Assembly: GCA_965203515.1 (NCBI GenBank)
Contig: OZ241907.1
Span: 2,432,001-2,496,000 of the forward strand
Direction: 5' to 3'
DNA: 64,000 nucleotides
From: Spirochaetia bacterium
GTDB taxonomy: Bacteria; Spirochaetota; Spirochaetia; SZUA-6; Bin103
In this document: in pieces, positions 35,969-46,163 of the stretch
Layout of the letters: each line of letters begins with the position of its first letter
Position numbering within the stretch: the stretch's first letter is position 1
The notes under the pieces: generated by a model
Told to the model about the DNA's origin: nothing
Seen by the model: the letters and a program-made list of their open reading frames with translations, nothing else
The model's database searches: none
Position numbers and translations under genes: made by a program

Positions 35969-37138
35969 ATGATGGACGCCGAAGCCAAAGACCCGGAAGG
36001 TCTGGACGCCGAAGGCGAGTCATGGGGCGACTATCCTCTCGATGAATTGTTGATCAGGCATGAACATAGAACGATCTATGAAGTCATCAAGAGGATCGAC
36101 AGCGGCAGCTACATAATGGAACCCGACTTCCAGAGGGACTTCGTCTGGCCGGAAGACAAGCAGAGCAAGCTGATCGAATCGGTGACCATGCGCATCCCGT
36201 TGCCGGTATTCTACCTGGCCGAAGACGAGGAAGGCAGGATGATCGTGGTGGACGGTCTGCAACGCCTGTCCACGTTTCACCGCTTCGTGCACGACCGACT
36301 GCAGCTCCGTCTTCCGGATCGCTCCGAACTCGACCGTCAGCGGTTCTCCGACTTGCCGCCCAAGCTCAAGAACCGGATCGAAGACTGCAACCTGATCTGC
36401 TACACCATCGACTCCAAGGTACCGGAGCGAGCCCGTCTGGACATCTTCGAGCGTGTGAACAGCGGCGAACCGCTCACCCGACAACAGATGCGCAACAGCC
36501 TGTTCATGGGACCCGCTACCCGTCTCCTGAAAGAGGCGTCGGGCACCGAATCGTTCCTCGAAGCGACCGGGAAGACCCTGAATGCAAAGACGATGAGAGA
36601 TCGTGAGCTCGTCAATCGTTTCTGCGCCTTCAGACTTCTCGATCTCGATGAGTATCGCGGCGACATGGACGACTTCCTTGCCAGGTCGCTACGCATGATG
36701 AACAAGATGACACCGGACGATCTGTCCCGCTTGTCCGACGAGTTCCAGCGTAGCATGGAGAACAACTATCTGCTGTTCGAGACACACGCATTCAGCAGAA
36801 GCTTCCTTGGTTCGTACGAACGCCCGGGGAGAACCCGAAGAGTGCTCAACGCCTCCATCTGGGACGTCATGTCTACCGGGCTGTCGCGCTACAACCGGGA
36901 TCGCGTCACGAAATCCGCCGACGATCTTCGCAAGTCCTTCTGTCAGCTGCTGCAAGACGATGAGTTCGTCACGGCAATCACCTGCAGCACGAACGACTCC
37001 AAGAGGGTCCGAGGACGTTTCCATCGTGCCGAACAGATGTTTCATGAGGTCCTCGGTGCTCGCCCGGATCGCAGCGGCAGCTTCAACAGTTGTAAAGCGC
37101 TTGAAGTAGTAACGAAGCGGCCTGACGCATGGCGCTGA
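35969..37138 (+). CDS. DUF262 (ParB-like/GmrSD N-terminal) domain protein
   Basis: PDFQRDFVW, LIES...IP, VVDGLQRL and IFERVNSG motifs. Start ATG 35969. Confidence 0.9.
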   Translation: MMDAEAKDPEGLDAEGESWGDYPLDELLIRHEHRTIYEVIKRIDSGSYIMEPDFQRDFVWPEDKQSKLIESVTMRIPLPVFYLAEDEEGRMIVVDGLQRLSTFHRFVHDRLQLRLPDRSELDRQRFSDLPPKLKNRIEDCNLICYTIDSKVPERARLDIFERVNSGEPLTRQQMRNSLFMGPATRLLKEASGTESFLEATGKTLNAKTMRDRELVNRFCAFRLLDLDEYRGDMDDFLARSLRMMNKMTPDDLSRLSDEFQRSMENNYLLFETHAFSRSFLGSYERPGRTRRVLNASIWDVMSTGLSRYNRDRVTKSADDLRKSFCQLLQDDEFVTAITCSTNDSKRVRGRFHRAEQMFHEVLGARPDRSGSFNSCKALEVVTKRPDAWR

Positions 37139-39630
37139 AGAAATCCCAACTCTACTCCTCGCTCTGGCAGAGCTGCGACGAGTTGCGCGGCGGCATGGAC
37201 GCATCGCAGTACAAGGACTACGTGCTGACGCTGTTGTTCATGAAGTACGTCTCGGACAAGTACGCCGACGATCCCCATGCGGTCATCAAAGTGCCGGACG
37301 GCGGCGGCTACGCCGACATGGTGCAGCTCCGGGGCGACAAGGAGATCGGCGACAAGATCAACAAGATCATCAGCCGGCTCGCCGAGGCCAACGACCTCAA
37401 GGGAGTGATCGACCAGGCGGACTTCAACGACGAGAGCAAACTCGGCGCCGGCAAGGAGATGCAGGACCGGCTCTCCAAGCTGATCGCCATCTTCGACGAG
37501 CTCGACTTCCGCGCCAACCGGACCGAGGGCGATGACCTGCTCGGCGACGCCTACGAGTACCTGATGCGGCACTTCGCTACCGAATCGGGGAAGGCAAAGG
37601 GTCAGTTCTACACTCCCGCGGAGGTCTCCCGCATCATGGCCAAGGTCGTCGGCATCGGCCAGGGCACCCGCCCCGAGCACACCATCTACGACCCGACCTG
37701 CGGTTCGGGCTCGCTGCTGCTCAAGGCAGCCGACGAGGCGCCGGACATTACCGTCTACGGCCAGGAGATGGACAACGCGACCTGGGCGCTGGCGCGGATG
37801 AACATGATCCTGCATGACCATCCAACCGCCGAGCTGTGGCGCGGCAACACGCTGGCGGATCCCTACTTCAAGAACCCGGACGGCAGCCTCAAGACCTTCG
37901 ACTTTGCCGTCGCCAATCCTCCGTTCTCAGCCAAGGCGTGGTCCAACGGGCTCGATCCCGCCCACGACCGGTACCGGCGCTTCGTCTACGGCATCCCGCC
38001 GGCCAAGAACGGGGACTACGCCTTCCTCCTGCATCTGATCGCGTCGCTCAAGAGCACCGGCAAAGGCGCGATCATCCTGCCCCACGGCGTACTGTTCCGG
38101 GGCAACCGGGAAGCGGACATTCGGCGCAACCTCATCCGGCGCGGATTCATCAAGGGCATCATCGGCCTGCCCGCCAATCTGTTCTACGGCACCGGCATCC
38201 CCGCCTGCATCCTGATCATCGACAAGGAGACCGCCGCCGCCCGCCGCGGCATCTTCATGGTCGACGCCAGCCGCGGCTTCCTCAAGGACGGCAACAAGAA
38301 TCGCCTGCGCGCGCAGGACATCCATCGCATCGTGGACGTATTCAACCGCCAGCTCGAGGTGCCGCGCTATTCGCGCATGGTGCCGATGGCCGAGATTGCC
38401 GGCCCCGCCAACGACTACAACCTGAACATCGCGCGCTACGTCGATGCCAGCGAGCCCGAGGACCTGCACGACCTCGACGCCCATCTGCGCGGCGGCATCC
38501 CCGATCGAGACATCGACGCGCTCAATGCCTACTGGTCGGTGTTCCCGGCGCTCCGCCAAACGCTGTTCCAGGCCAACGGGCGGCCCGGCTACAGCGATCC
38601 GCGCGTAGAACCGCACCGGATCAAAGACACAATCGCGGACTCTGCCGAGTTCACGTCGTACCGGCAGCGGGCTGGCATCATCTTCGACGCCTGGTACGAA
38701 AAGCACCGACGGCTGCTCCTGGGTATCGACGCCGAAACGCTTCCCGGAACGGTCATCCATACCCTGTCCGAGGACTTGCTGGCGCGCTTCGCCGACCTGC
38801 CCTTGCTCGACCGATACGACCTCTACCAGCGATTGATGGACTACTGGGACACGGTGATGCAGGACGACGTCTACCTCATCGCCGCGGCAGGATGGGTCGA
38901 AGCCGCCACACCGCGCGCCGTCGTCGATGACCGGGAACGGCGTATCAAGGAAACGGCGGATCTCGCCATCAAGCGCAAAAAGTACAAGATGGACGTGATA
39001 CCGCCCGCGCTGATCGTCGCCCGCTGGTTCACGTCCGAGCAGGCCAACATCGAGAACCTCCGCGGCACCCACGAAAGCGCCGCCTCCAAGCTGGAAGATT
39101 TCGTCGATGAGCACTCGACTTCAACCGGCGGCGAAGACGGCGTGCTCATGGGGATCGCCAATGGCCTGGGCAGGATCACGAAGGCGGCCGCGACCGGGCG
39201 GCTGAAGACCATCCGTCACGAACCGGAGGGCGATGAGGAACAAGACATCCTCATGCGCTGCCTGGAGCTGATCGACGCCGAATCCAGGGCCGGGAAGGCT
39301 GTCAGGGAAGCGCAAGCCGCGCTGGCCCGCGCGGTGCTCGATCGCTATGCCGCCCTCACCGCGGCCGAAATCAAGGCACTGGTAGTCGAGGACAAGTGGT
39401 GCGCCAGCATCAAGGCCGCTATCGCCGACGCACTCCAGCGGCTCACCCAGCTGCTCGCCGGCCGCGTACGCCAGCTGACCCAGCGCTACGCACGACCACT
39501 GTCGGAGATCGAGATAGAGGTAGAAGAGCTCACCACCAAGGCCGCCGCCCATATCACACGCATGGGGCTGTCATACCCACGCGCGTTCGATTCCAGATTC
39601 GAAGCAGTGTCCGCTGCACGTGGAGTATGA
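37129..39630 (+). CDS. hsdM: Type I restriction-modification methyltransferase subunit
   Basis: LRGGMDASQYKDY, GQFYTP, YDPTCGSGSLL, NPPF (m6A motif IV) and LPHGVLFRG. Confidence 0.96.
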   Translation: MALKKSQLYSSLWQSCDELRGGMDASQYKDYVLTLLFMKYVSDKYADDPHAVIKVPDGGGYADMVQLRGDKEIGDKINKIISRLAEANDLKGVIDQADFNDESKLGAGKEMQDRLSKLIAIFDELDFRANRTEGDDLLGDAYEYLMRHFATESGKAKGQFYTPAEVSRIMAKVVGIGQGTRPEHTIYDPTCGSGSLLLKAADEAPDITVYGQEMDNATWALARMNMILHDHPTAELWRGNTLADPYFKNPDGSLKTFDFAVANPPFSAKAWSNGLDPAHDRYRRFVYGIPPAKNGDYAFLLHLIASLKSTGKGAIILPHGVLFRGNREADIRRNLIRRGFIKGIIGLPANLFYGTGIPACILIIDKETAAARRGIFMVDASRGFLKDGNKNRLRAQDIHRIVDVFNRQLEVPRYSRMVPMAEIAGPANDYNLNIARYVDASEPEDLHDLDAHLRGGIPDRDIDALNAYWSVFPALRQTLFQANGRPGYSDPRVEPHRIKDTIADSAEFTSYRQRAGIIFDAWYEKHRRLLLGIDAETLPGTVIHTLSEDLLARFADLPLLDRYDLYQRLMDYWDTVMQDDVYLIAAAGWVEAATPRAVVDDRERRIKETADLAIKRKKYKMDVIPPALIVARWFTSEQANIENLRGTHESAASKLEDFVDEHSTSTGGEDGVLMGIANGLGRITKAAATGRLKTIRHEPEGDEEQDILMRCLELIDAESRAGKAVREAQAALARAVLDRYAALTAAEIKALVVEDKWCASIKAAIADALQRLTQLLAGRVRQLTQRYARPLSEIEIEVEELTTKAAAHITRMGLSYPRAFDSRFEAVSAARGV

Positions 39631-40841
39631 GCCCGATGCGCGGCTTCAGCGTCTCAAAATGGATGACGGTTTGTCTGGGCGACGTTGCGGCTATCACTAT
39701 GGGTCAATCGCCTCCTTCCAGTACCATTAACGACGAGGGAATCGGATTTCCCTTTATCCAGGGTAACGCAGAATTCGGAGTTCGAATCCCGCGGCCCATA
39801 AAGTTCTGCACCGATCCGCAAAAACAGGCCGTGACCGGAGATATACTCCTCAGCGTTCGGGCTCCGGTCGGTGCGATGAACTTGGCCAATGGACAGCTTT
39901 GCGTCGGTAGAGGTCTCTCAGCTATAACTGCGACCGGCGTCAATCCTGGATTCTTGTGGTATGTGCTTGCCCGGGAGGTCCCTAAACTTGGCAGCGTTTC
40001 ACAAGGAAGCACTTTTGCCGCCGTGAACAAGGCGGACCTGCACAGGTTGGAGTTGGATATCCCGCCGTATCACGAACAAAGAGTCATCGCCGAGGCTTTG
40101 TCGGATGTGGACGAGATGCTTGGAGCATTGGAGGCGTTGATTGCTAAGAAAAACGCGATCAGGCTAGCTTCCATGCAGCAACTCCTCACCGGCAAGACGC
40201 GCCTGCCAAGCTTCGACGGAGGATGGACACCGACGACGCTTGGAGATGCCGCAGAAATAGTAAACGGCGCAACGCCGAGCAGCAGGAATGCCGCTTACTG
40301 GAACGGTCATATTCCATGGTGTACGCCGACCGACATAACGCGTACGCCGGGGAAATATCTCACCCAAACCGAACGAAGCATTACCGCCGCGGGATTGGCG
40401 AGTTGCTCGGCTCGCCTGCTTCCTGTCGGTACCCTGCTTCTCTGCAGTCGGGCGACGATCGGGCATATCAAGATCGCCGCGGCTCCCGTCTGTACGAATC
40501 AGGGTTTCAAGTCGCTTATCTGCAACGATGGCGTATGCAACGATTTTCTATATTATCTCCTCATCACGATGCAGTCACACTTGATTGAACGATCCATAGG
40601 GTCCACGTTCCTGGAAATCGGCAAGCGCGAGGTGGCGTCTGTCGAGGTGCGGCTTCCTCCGCACGACGAACAACGTGCTATCGCTGCCGTCTTGTCTGAT
40701 TTGGACTCCGAGATCGCCGTGCTTGAGCAACGTCGAGACAAGACCCAAGCCATCAAGCAGGGGATGATGCAGCAGCTTCTCACCGGACGGGTTCGGCTGG
40801 TGAAGTCTGTTTCCGTGCCGGAAGATGAGAGCGTGTCGTGA
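39627..40841 (+). CDS. hsdS: Type I RM specificity subunit
   Basis: Two TRDs (MGQSP...; GATP...TNQGF), each followed by conserved EQR.IA..LSD...MQQLLTG coils; ATGA overlap with hsdM. Confidence 0.95.
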   Translation: MSPMRGFSVSKWMTVCLGDVAAITMGQSPPSSTINDEGIGFPFIQGNAEFGVRIPRPIKFCTDPQKQAVTGDILLSVRAPVGAMNLANGQLCVGRGLSAITATGVNPGFLWYVLAREVPKLGSVSQGSTFAAVNKADLHRLELDIPPYHEQRVIAEALSDVDEMLGALEALIAKKNAIRLASMQQLLTGKTRLPSFDGGWTPTTLGDAAEIVNGATPSSRNAAYWNGHIPWCTPTDITRTPGKYLTQTERSITAAGLASCSARLLPVGTLLLCSRATIGHIKIAAAPVCTNQGFKSLICNDGVCNDFLYYLLITMQSHLIERSIGSTFLEIGKREVASVEVRLPPHDEQRAIAAVLSDLDSEIAVLEQRRDKTQAIKQGMMQQLLTGRVRLVKSVSVPEDESVS

Positions 40842-42301
40842 GAGAGAGTCAGATCGTCGAGTGGAAGGAATCATGGCGGGATGAGTACCTGAAGTGGGTG
40901 TGCGGGTTCGCCAACGCTCAGGGCGGCGTGCTGGAGATCGGCAGGAACGATCGGGGCGAGGTGATCGGGGTGGAGAACGTGCTCCGGCTGCTCGAAGAGA
41001 TACCCAACAAGGCGCTGGCGTCGCTCGGCATCGTGGTCGACGTGAACCTGAAGACCGAGTCCGGGCGGGAGTACGTGCAGATCGCCGTCGAACCTCATCC
41101 CAACCCGATCAGTTACAAGGGCGAGTTCCACTACCGAAGCGGCAGCACCAGGCAGGTGCTCCGCGGGACGGCGTTGAGCCGCTTTCTGTTGCAGAAGTAC
41201 GGACGCACGTGGGACGACGTACCGCTGCCCGGCGTCGGCGTCAGCGACCTGGACGGGCGCACGATGGACGAGTTCCGCCGCCGCGCCGCCGCCAGCGAGC
41301 GCTTGACCGGAGACATTCTCGACGAGTCCGACTCCGACGTGATCGAAAAGCTCCGCCTGCGGGAGGGAGAGTACCTGAAACGGGCCGCCGTGCTGCTCTT
41401 CCACCCGGAGCCGGGAATCCTGGTACGGGATGCGTATGTGAAGATCGGGTGCTTTCGCGGTGCCGAGCTGCTGTTTCAGGACGTGATCGAAGGTGATCTG
41501 TTTACGCAAGTCGACCGTACGATGGACCTGCTCTACTCCAAGTATTCGCGGGGGCTGGTCTCCTACGACGGCGTGTACCGCGTGGAGACATTTCCCGTGC
41601 CGCGCCAGGCGATGCGCGAGGCGGTGATCAATGCCGTGATCCATCGCGACTACGCCGATCCCGTGCCGATTCAGATTCGCGTGTACGACGACCGGATCAT
41701 ATTGTGGAATCCCGGACACCTGCCGGCTGACTGGACGGTCGAGCGCCTGACCGGTGAGCACGCATCGAGACCCTACAATCCGGGAATCGCCTACGCGTTC
41801 TTTCGGGCCGGGATGATCGAGGCGTGGGGCCGGGGCATCGGGCGCATCACCAGCGCGTGCGAGGCGGCCGGCAACCCGCAGCCGGAGTGGAAGATCGAGC
41901 CCGGCGGCGGCCTGTGGCTGGAGTTCCACTATTCCGCCGCCTACCAGGCCGCCGACGGGGTCGTCAGGGAAGGGGTAAACGGAGGGCAGCCACAGTCACA
42001 GTCGGGGCTGCAGCCAGAGTGGCGGCCAGAGTCACCGCGAGAGTTGCAGCCAGAGTCGCTGGAGGCGAGACTGCTGGCCTTGTTGGCTGGGGGGGCGATG
42101 GCAAAGGCCGCGCTGTCGCAGAGTCTGGGACAGAAGACGGTGTCCGGTCAACTCAATAAGGTGGTCCGGCGACTCGTGGCTGATCGGATGATCGAATACA
42201 CCCTGCCCGACCGGCCGCGCAGCCGACTCCAGAAGTACCGGCTGACCGACCAGGGGAGAGCCGCGGTCGCGGCCTCGACGCGAGGGAGCGCGACGTCGTG
42301 A
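40838..42301 (+). CDS. Schlafen/AlbA_2 + RecG-C-like (HATPase_c_4) + C-terminal wHTH protein between hsdS and hsdR
   Basis: ESQIVEWK, CGFANAQGG...IGRND, REAVINAVIHRDY, IEAWGRG and IEYTLPDRPRSRLQKYRLT; GTGA overlaps at both ends. Confidence 0.9.
   Translation: MRESQIVEWKESWRDEYLKWVCGFANAQGGVLEIGRNDRGEVIGVENVLRLLEEIPNKALASLGIVVDVNLKTESGREYVQIAVEPHPNPISYKGEFHYRSGSTRQVLRGTALSRFLLQKYGRTWDDVPLPGVGVSDLDGRTMDEFRRRAAASERLTGDILDESDSDVIEKLRLREGEYLKRAAVLLFHPEPGILVRDAYVKIGCFRGAELLFQDVIEGDLFTQVDRTMDLLYSKYSRGLVSYDGVYRVETFPVPRQAMREAVINAVIHRDYADPVPIQIRVYDDRIILWNPGHLPADWTVERLTGEHASRPYNPGIAYAFFRAGMIEAWGRGIGRITSACEAAGNPQPEWKIEPGGGLWLEFHYSAAYQAADGVVREGVNGGQPQSQSGLQPEWRPESPRELQPESLEARLLALLAGGAMAKAALSQSLGQKTVSGQLNKVVRRLVADRMIEYTLPDRPRSRLQKYRLTDQGRAAVAASTRGSATS
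41987..42058 (+). repeat. Six degenerate 12-bp units encoding a QPES-type linker
   Basis: cagccacagtca/cagtcggggctg/cagccagagtgg/cggccagagtca/ccgcgagagttg/cagccagagtcg. Confidence 0.75.
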
Positions 42302-45300
42302 GCACGGTCGGCGAAAGGGAACTCCGCACGCAATTGCGCGTGGTCGAGTTCTTCCGGGACGCGCTTGGCTATGCCGGTCTCGGCCACTGGAAGAACCGCC
42401 CCGACAACCGCAACGTCGAACGGGCGCTTCTCGCCGACTGGCTGGAGCGTCAAGGTCACGAACGCCGAATCATCGACCGGGCGCTGGACGCTCTGGACAA
42501 CGCGGCCGCGGTCGGCGGCAGCAGGACGCTCTACGACGCCAACCAGGATGTCTACGGCCTGCTTCGCTACGGGGTGAAGGTGCGCCCGGAGCTCGGGCAG
42601 AATGCCGTTACCGTCTGGCTGATCGACTGGAACGATCCCGGCGCCAATGACTTCGGCATCGCCGAAGAGGTGACGGTCACCGGAGAGAACCCCAAGCGGC
42701 CGGACCTGGTACTCTACGTCAACGGAATCGCCCTGGGAGTGCTGGAGCTGAAGCGCTCCACGCGGTCGGTGACCGAAGGCATCCGCCAGAATCTCGACAG
42801 CCAGAAGCGGGAGTTCATCCGACCGTTCTTCGCCACCGTTCAGTTGGTGATGGCCGGCAACGACACCGAGGGCCTGCGTTACGGAGTGATCGAGACGGCC
42901 GAAAAGTACTGGCTGCGCTGGAAGGAAGCCGCCGCCCATCCGGCGGCCGGTGACAATCCGCTGCTGCGGGAACTGGGGCAGCTCTGCGCCAAGGAGCGGC
43001 TGCTCGAGATCGTGCACGACTTCATGGTGTTCGACGCGGGCGTCAAGAAAACCTGCCGGCACAACCAGTACTTCGGGGTGCGCGCGGCGCAGGAGCACGT
43101 CGGGCGCCGCGCCGGGGGCATCATCTGGCACACCCAGGGCAGCGGCAAGAGCCTGACCATGGTGTGGCTGGCGAAGTGGATTCGAGAACGGGGCGACGGC
43201 TCGCGAGTGCTGATCGTCACCGACCGCACCGAGCTCGACGAGCAGATCGAAGCGGTGTTCAAGGGCGTGAGCGAGGAGATCTACCGCACCACGAGCGGCG
43301 CCGATCTCGTGCGCGTGCTCGGCGGCGGCGCGGAATGGCTGATCGCCTCCCTGATCCAGAAGTTCGGCGCGTCGGAGGAGGGTGACGTCGACGCCTTCGT
43401 CGACGGCCTGCGCGCCCACGTCCCCGCGGGCTTCCGCGCCAACGGCGAGTTCTTCGTCTTCGTGGACGAGTGTCACCGCACCCAGTCCGGCAAGCTCCAT
43501 GATGCCCTGACGGAGCTGCTGCCGCAGGCCACGCTGATCGGATTCACCGGGACGCCGCTGCTCAAGGCCGACAAGCGGCGCAGCATCGAGACCTTCGGGC
43601 CGTACATCCACACCTACAAGTACGACGAGGCGGTCGGGGACGGCGTGGTGCTGGACCTGCGCTACGAGGCGCGCGACGTCGACCAGAACGTCACCTCCCA
43701 GGCCAGGATCGATCAGTGGTTCGATATCAAGACGCACGGCCTGACCGACTTGGCCAAGGCGCAGCTCAAGCAACGCTGGGGCACGATGCGCAGCGTTCTG
43801 AGTTCGCGCGACCGGTTGCGAAAGATCGTCGCCGACATCGTGCTCGACATGGAGATACGCGACCGGCTCAAGAGCGGCCGCGGCAACGCCTTGCTGGTCT
43901 CCGACAGCATCTACTCGGCGTGCCGTTTCTTCGAGATGTTCCAGCAGACCGATCTGGCCGGCAGGTGCGCCATCGTCACCTCCTATCGGCCGCATCCGGC
44001 GGATATCAAGGGAGAGGAGACCGGCGAGGGGCTTACCGAGAAACTACTTCAGTACGGCATCTATCGAACCATGCTTGCCGAGCATTTCGACGAGCCGGAA
44101 GAGACCGCGATGCACAAGGTCGAACGGTTCGAGCAGGAGGTGAAGCGGCGCTTCGTCGCCCAGCCGGGGCAGATGAAGTTGCTGATCGTGGTGGACAAGC
44201 TGCTGACCGGGTTCGACGCGCCGCCGGCTACCTGTCTCTACATCGACAAGTCGATGCAGGACCATGGTCTGTTCCAGGCGATCTGCCGCGTGAACCGCCT
44301 TGACGGCGAAGACAAGGAATACGGCTACGTCATCGACTACAAGGACCTGTTCCGGTCGCTGGAGCGGTCGATCGAGGATTACACCGGCGAAGCATTCGAA
44401 GGCTACGATGCCGCCGACGTCAAGGGCTTGCTCAAGGATCGGTTGGGACAGGGCCGAGAGCGGCTGGAAGAGGCGCGCGAGGCGGTCAAGGCGCTGTGCG
44501 AGCCGGTGGAGCCGCCGCGCGATACGGCGGCCTATCTGCGCTTCTTCTGCGCAGCGGAGAGCGGCAACGCCGAGCAACTCAAGGAGAACGAACGAGAGCG
44601 CCTGTCTCTCTACAAGCTGACCGCTGCGCTGCTGCGCGCGTACGCCAACCTGGCCAACGAGATGAGCGAGGCCGGCTACTCCGCTGCCGAAGCGCAGGAG
44701 ATCAAGGCCGAGGTGCAGCACCATGAGACCGTGCGCCAGGAGGTGAAGCTGGCCAGCGGCGACTACGTCGACATGAAGATGTACGAGCCGGCCATGCGGC
44801 ACCTGCTGGACACGTACCTCCGCGCCGAGGAGAGTGAGCGGATTTCGGCCTTCGATGATCTGACTGTCGTGCAGATGATCGTCGAGCGCGGCGCGGCGGC
44901 GGTCGATGACATGCCGGACGGAATCCGCAAGGACCGCGAAGCGACGGCCGAGACGATCGAGAACAACGTCCGCCGGCTGATCATCGACGAGAGCGCGGTG
45001 AATCCGAAGTACTACGAGAGGATGTCTGAGCTCTTGGACGCGCTGATCCGGCAGCGCAAGCAGGAGGCGCTGCACTACCGGGAGTACCTGGACCGGATCG
45101 TCGAGCTGACCAGAGACGCCAGCAATCCGGCATCCCGTTCGTCATATCCGGCACGCATCGACAGCGGACCGTTGCGGGCGTTGTATGACAACCTGAAGGA
45201 CCAGGACGACCTCAGCGAACGAGAGGCGACGTACGACGCCGGTACACCGCCGGTCGATACCCGGGAGCAGCGCGCACTGGCGCTGGACCGCGCCATCCGC

Positions 45301-45438
45301 GACGTGAAGAAGGCGGACTGGCGCGGGAACCGGTTCAAGGAACGCGAAGTGCGGAACGCCATCCGCGAGGTTCTTCGTGAGGACGAGGAATCGGTCATGA
45401 AGATCTTCGAGGTTGCGAAGGCGCAGCGTGACTACTGA
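42298..45438 (+). CDS. hsdR: Type I RM restriction subunit
   Basis: RPDLVLYVNG...ELK (PD-(D/E)xK), WHTQGSGKS, DECHR, GFTGTP, LLTGFDAP and QAICRVNR. Confidence 0.96.
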   Translation: MSTVGERELRTQLRVVEFFRDALGYAGLGHWKNRPDNRNVERALLADWLERQGHERRIIDRALDALDNAAAVGGSRTLYDANQDVYGLLRYGVKVRPELGQNAVTVWLIDWNDPGANDFGIAEEVTVTGENPKRPDLVLYVNGIALGVLELKRSTRSVTEGIRQNLDSQKREFIRPFFATVQLVMAGNDTEGLRYGVIETAEKYWLRWKEAAAHPAAGDNPLLRELGQLCAKERLLEIVHDFMVFDAGVKKTCRHNQYFGVRAAQEHVGRRAGGIIWHTQGSGKSLTMVWLAKWIRERGDGSRVLIVTDRTELDEQIEAVFKGVSEEIYRTTSGADLVRVLGGGAEWLIASLIQKFGASEEGDVDAFVDGLRAHVPAGFRANGEFFVFVDECHRTQSGKLHDALTELLPQATLIGFTGTPLLKADKRRSIETFGPYIHTYKYDEAVGDGVVLDLRYEARDVDQNVTSQARIDQWFDIKTHGLTDLAKAQLKQRWGTMRSVLSSRDRLRKIVADIVLDMEIRDRLKSGRGNALLVSDSIYSACRFFEMFQQTDLAGRCAIVTSYRPHPADIKGEETGEGLTEKLLQYGIYRTMLAEHFDEPEETAMHKVERFEQEVKRRFVAQPGQMKLLIVVDKLLTGFDAPPATCLYIDKSMQDHGLFQAICRVNRLDGEDKEYGYVIDYKDLFRSLERSIEDYTGEAFEGYDAADVKGLLKDRLGQGRERLEEAREAVKALCEPVEPPRDTAAYLRFFCAAESGNAEQLKENERERLSLYKLTAALLRAYANLANEMSEAGYSAAEAQEIKAEVQHHETVRQEVKLASGDYVDMKMYEPAMRHLLDTYLRAEESERISAFDDLTVVQMIVERGAAAVDDMPDGIRKDREATAETIENNVRRLIIDESAVNPKYYERMSELLDALIRQRKQEALHYREYLDRIVELTRDASNPASRSSYPARIDSGPLRALYDNLKDQDDLSEREATYDAGTPPVDTREQRALALDRAIRDVKKADWRGNRFKEREVRNAIREVLREDEESVMKIFEVAKAQRDY

Positions 45439-46162
45439 ACGGACGGCCCACCGTATCGAGGTACGCGGCATTGCCGTGGACGTGGTCCGCAAGGAGATCA
45501 AGAACCTTCACGTCGGCGTCTACCCGCCGTGCGGCCGCGTGCGGGTCGCGGCGCCGCTGCACCTCGACGACGCCGCTCTACGGCTTGCCATTATTTCCCG
45601 CTTGGCGTGGATTCACCGGCAGCAGGCTGAATTCGACCGGCAGGAGCGTCAATCTCAGCGCGAGTGCGTGAGTGGCGAGAGTCATTACTATGCCGGCCGG
45701 CGTTACCGGCTCGACGTCGTGGAGCATGCCGGTCGGCCGGCCGTTCGCCTGCCAAACAACTCGACGATGAGATTGTTCGTTGCCCCGGACGCCGATCGCG
45801 ACGCCCGCGAAGCCGTCCTGCAGCGCTGGTACCGCGCCCGACTCCGCGGCCGGTTGCCGGCGTTGCGCGACCGCTGGGAACGGCAGATCGGCGTGACCGT
45901 GGCCGACCTGCGGATCAAGAGGATGAAGACGCTCTGGGGCTCCTGCAACTCCGACGCCAAGCGCATCTGGCTCAACCTGGAACTGGCCAAGAAGCCGCCG
46001 CCCTGTCTCGTCTACGTACTGGTGCACGAGATGATCCACCTGCTGGAGCGAAACCACACCGACCGCTTCCGCGAGCTGATGGACCGGCACCTGCCCCGGT
46101 GGCCGGCTTACCGCGACCAGCTCAACGGCCTGCCCCTCGCGCACGACGACTGGCGTTACTAA
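45428..46162 (+). CDS. M48/YgjP (DUF45) family zinc metalloprotease-like protein
   Basis: MKTLWGSCN, IWLNLEL and YVLVHEMIH (HExxH); usual position after hsdR. Start GTG 45428. Confidence 0.9.
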   Translation: MTTERTAHRIEVRGIAVDVVRKEIKNLHVGVYPPCGRVRVAAPLHLDDAALRLAIISRLAWIHRQQAEFDRQERQSQRECVSGESHYYAGRRYRLDVVEHAGRPAVRLPNNSTMRLFVAPDADRDAREAVLQRWYRARLRGRLPALRDRWERQIGVTVADLRIKRMKTLWGSCNSDAKRIWLNLELAKKPPPCLVYVLVHEMIHLLERNHTDRFRELMDRHLPRWPAYRDQLNGLPLAHDDWRY

Positions 46163-46163
46163 G

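Noticed and set aside
41987..42058. Short repeats as a CRISPR array
   Set aside because: Contiguous 12-bp coding repeats without spacers; no cas genes.
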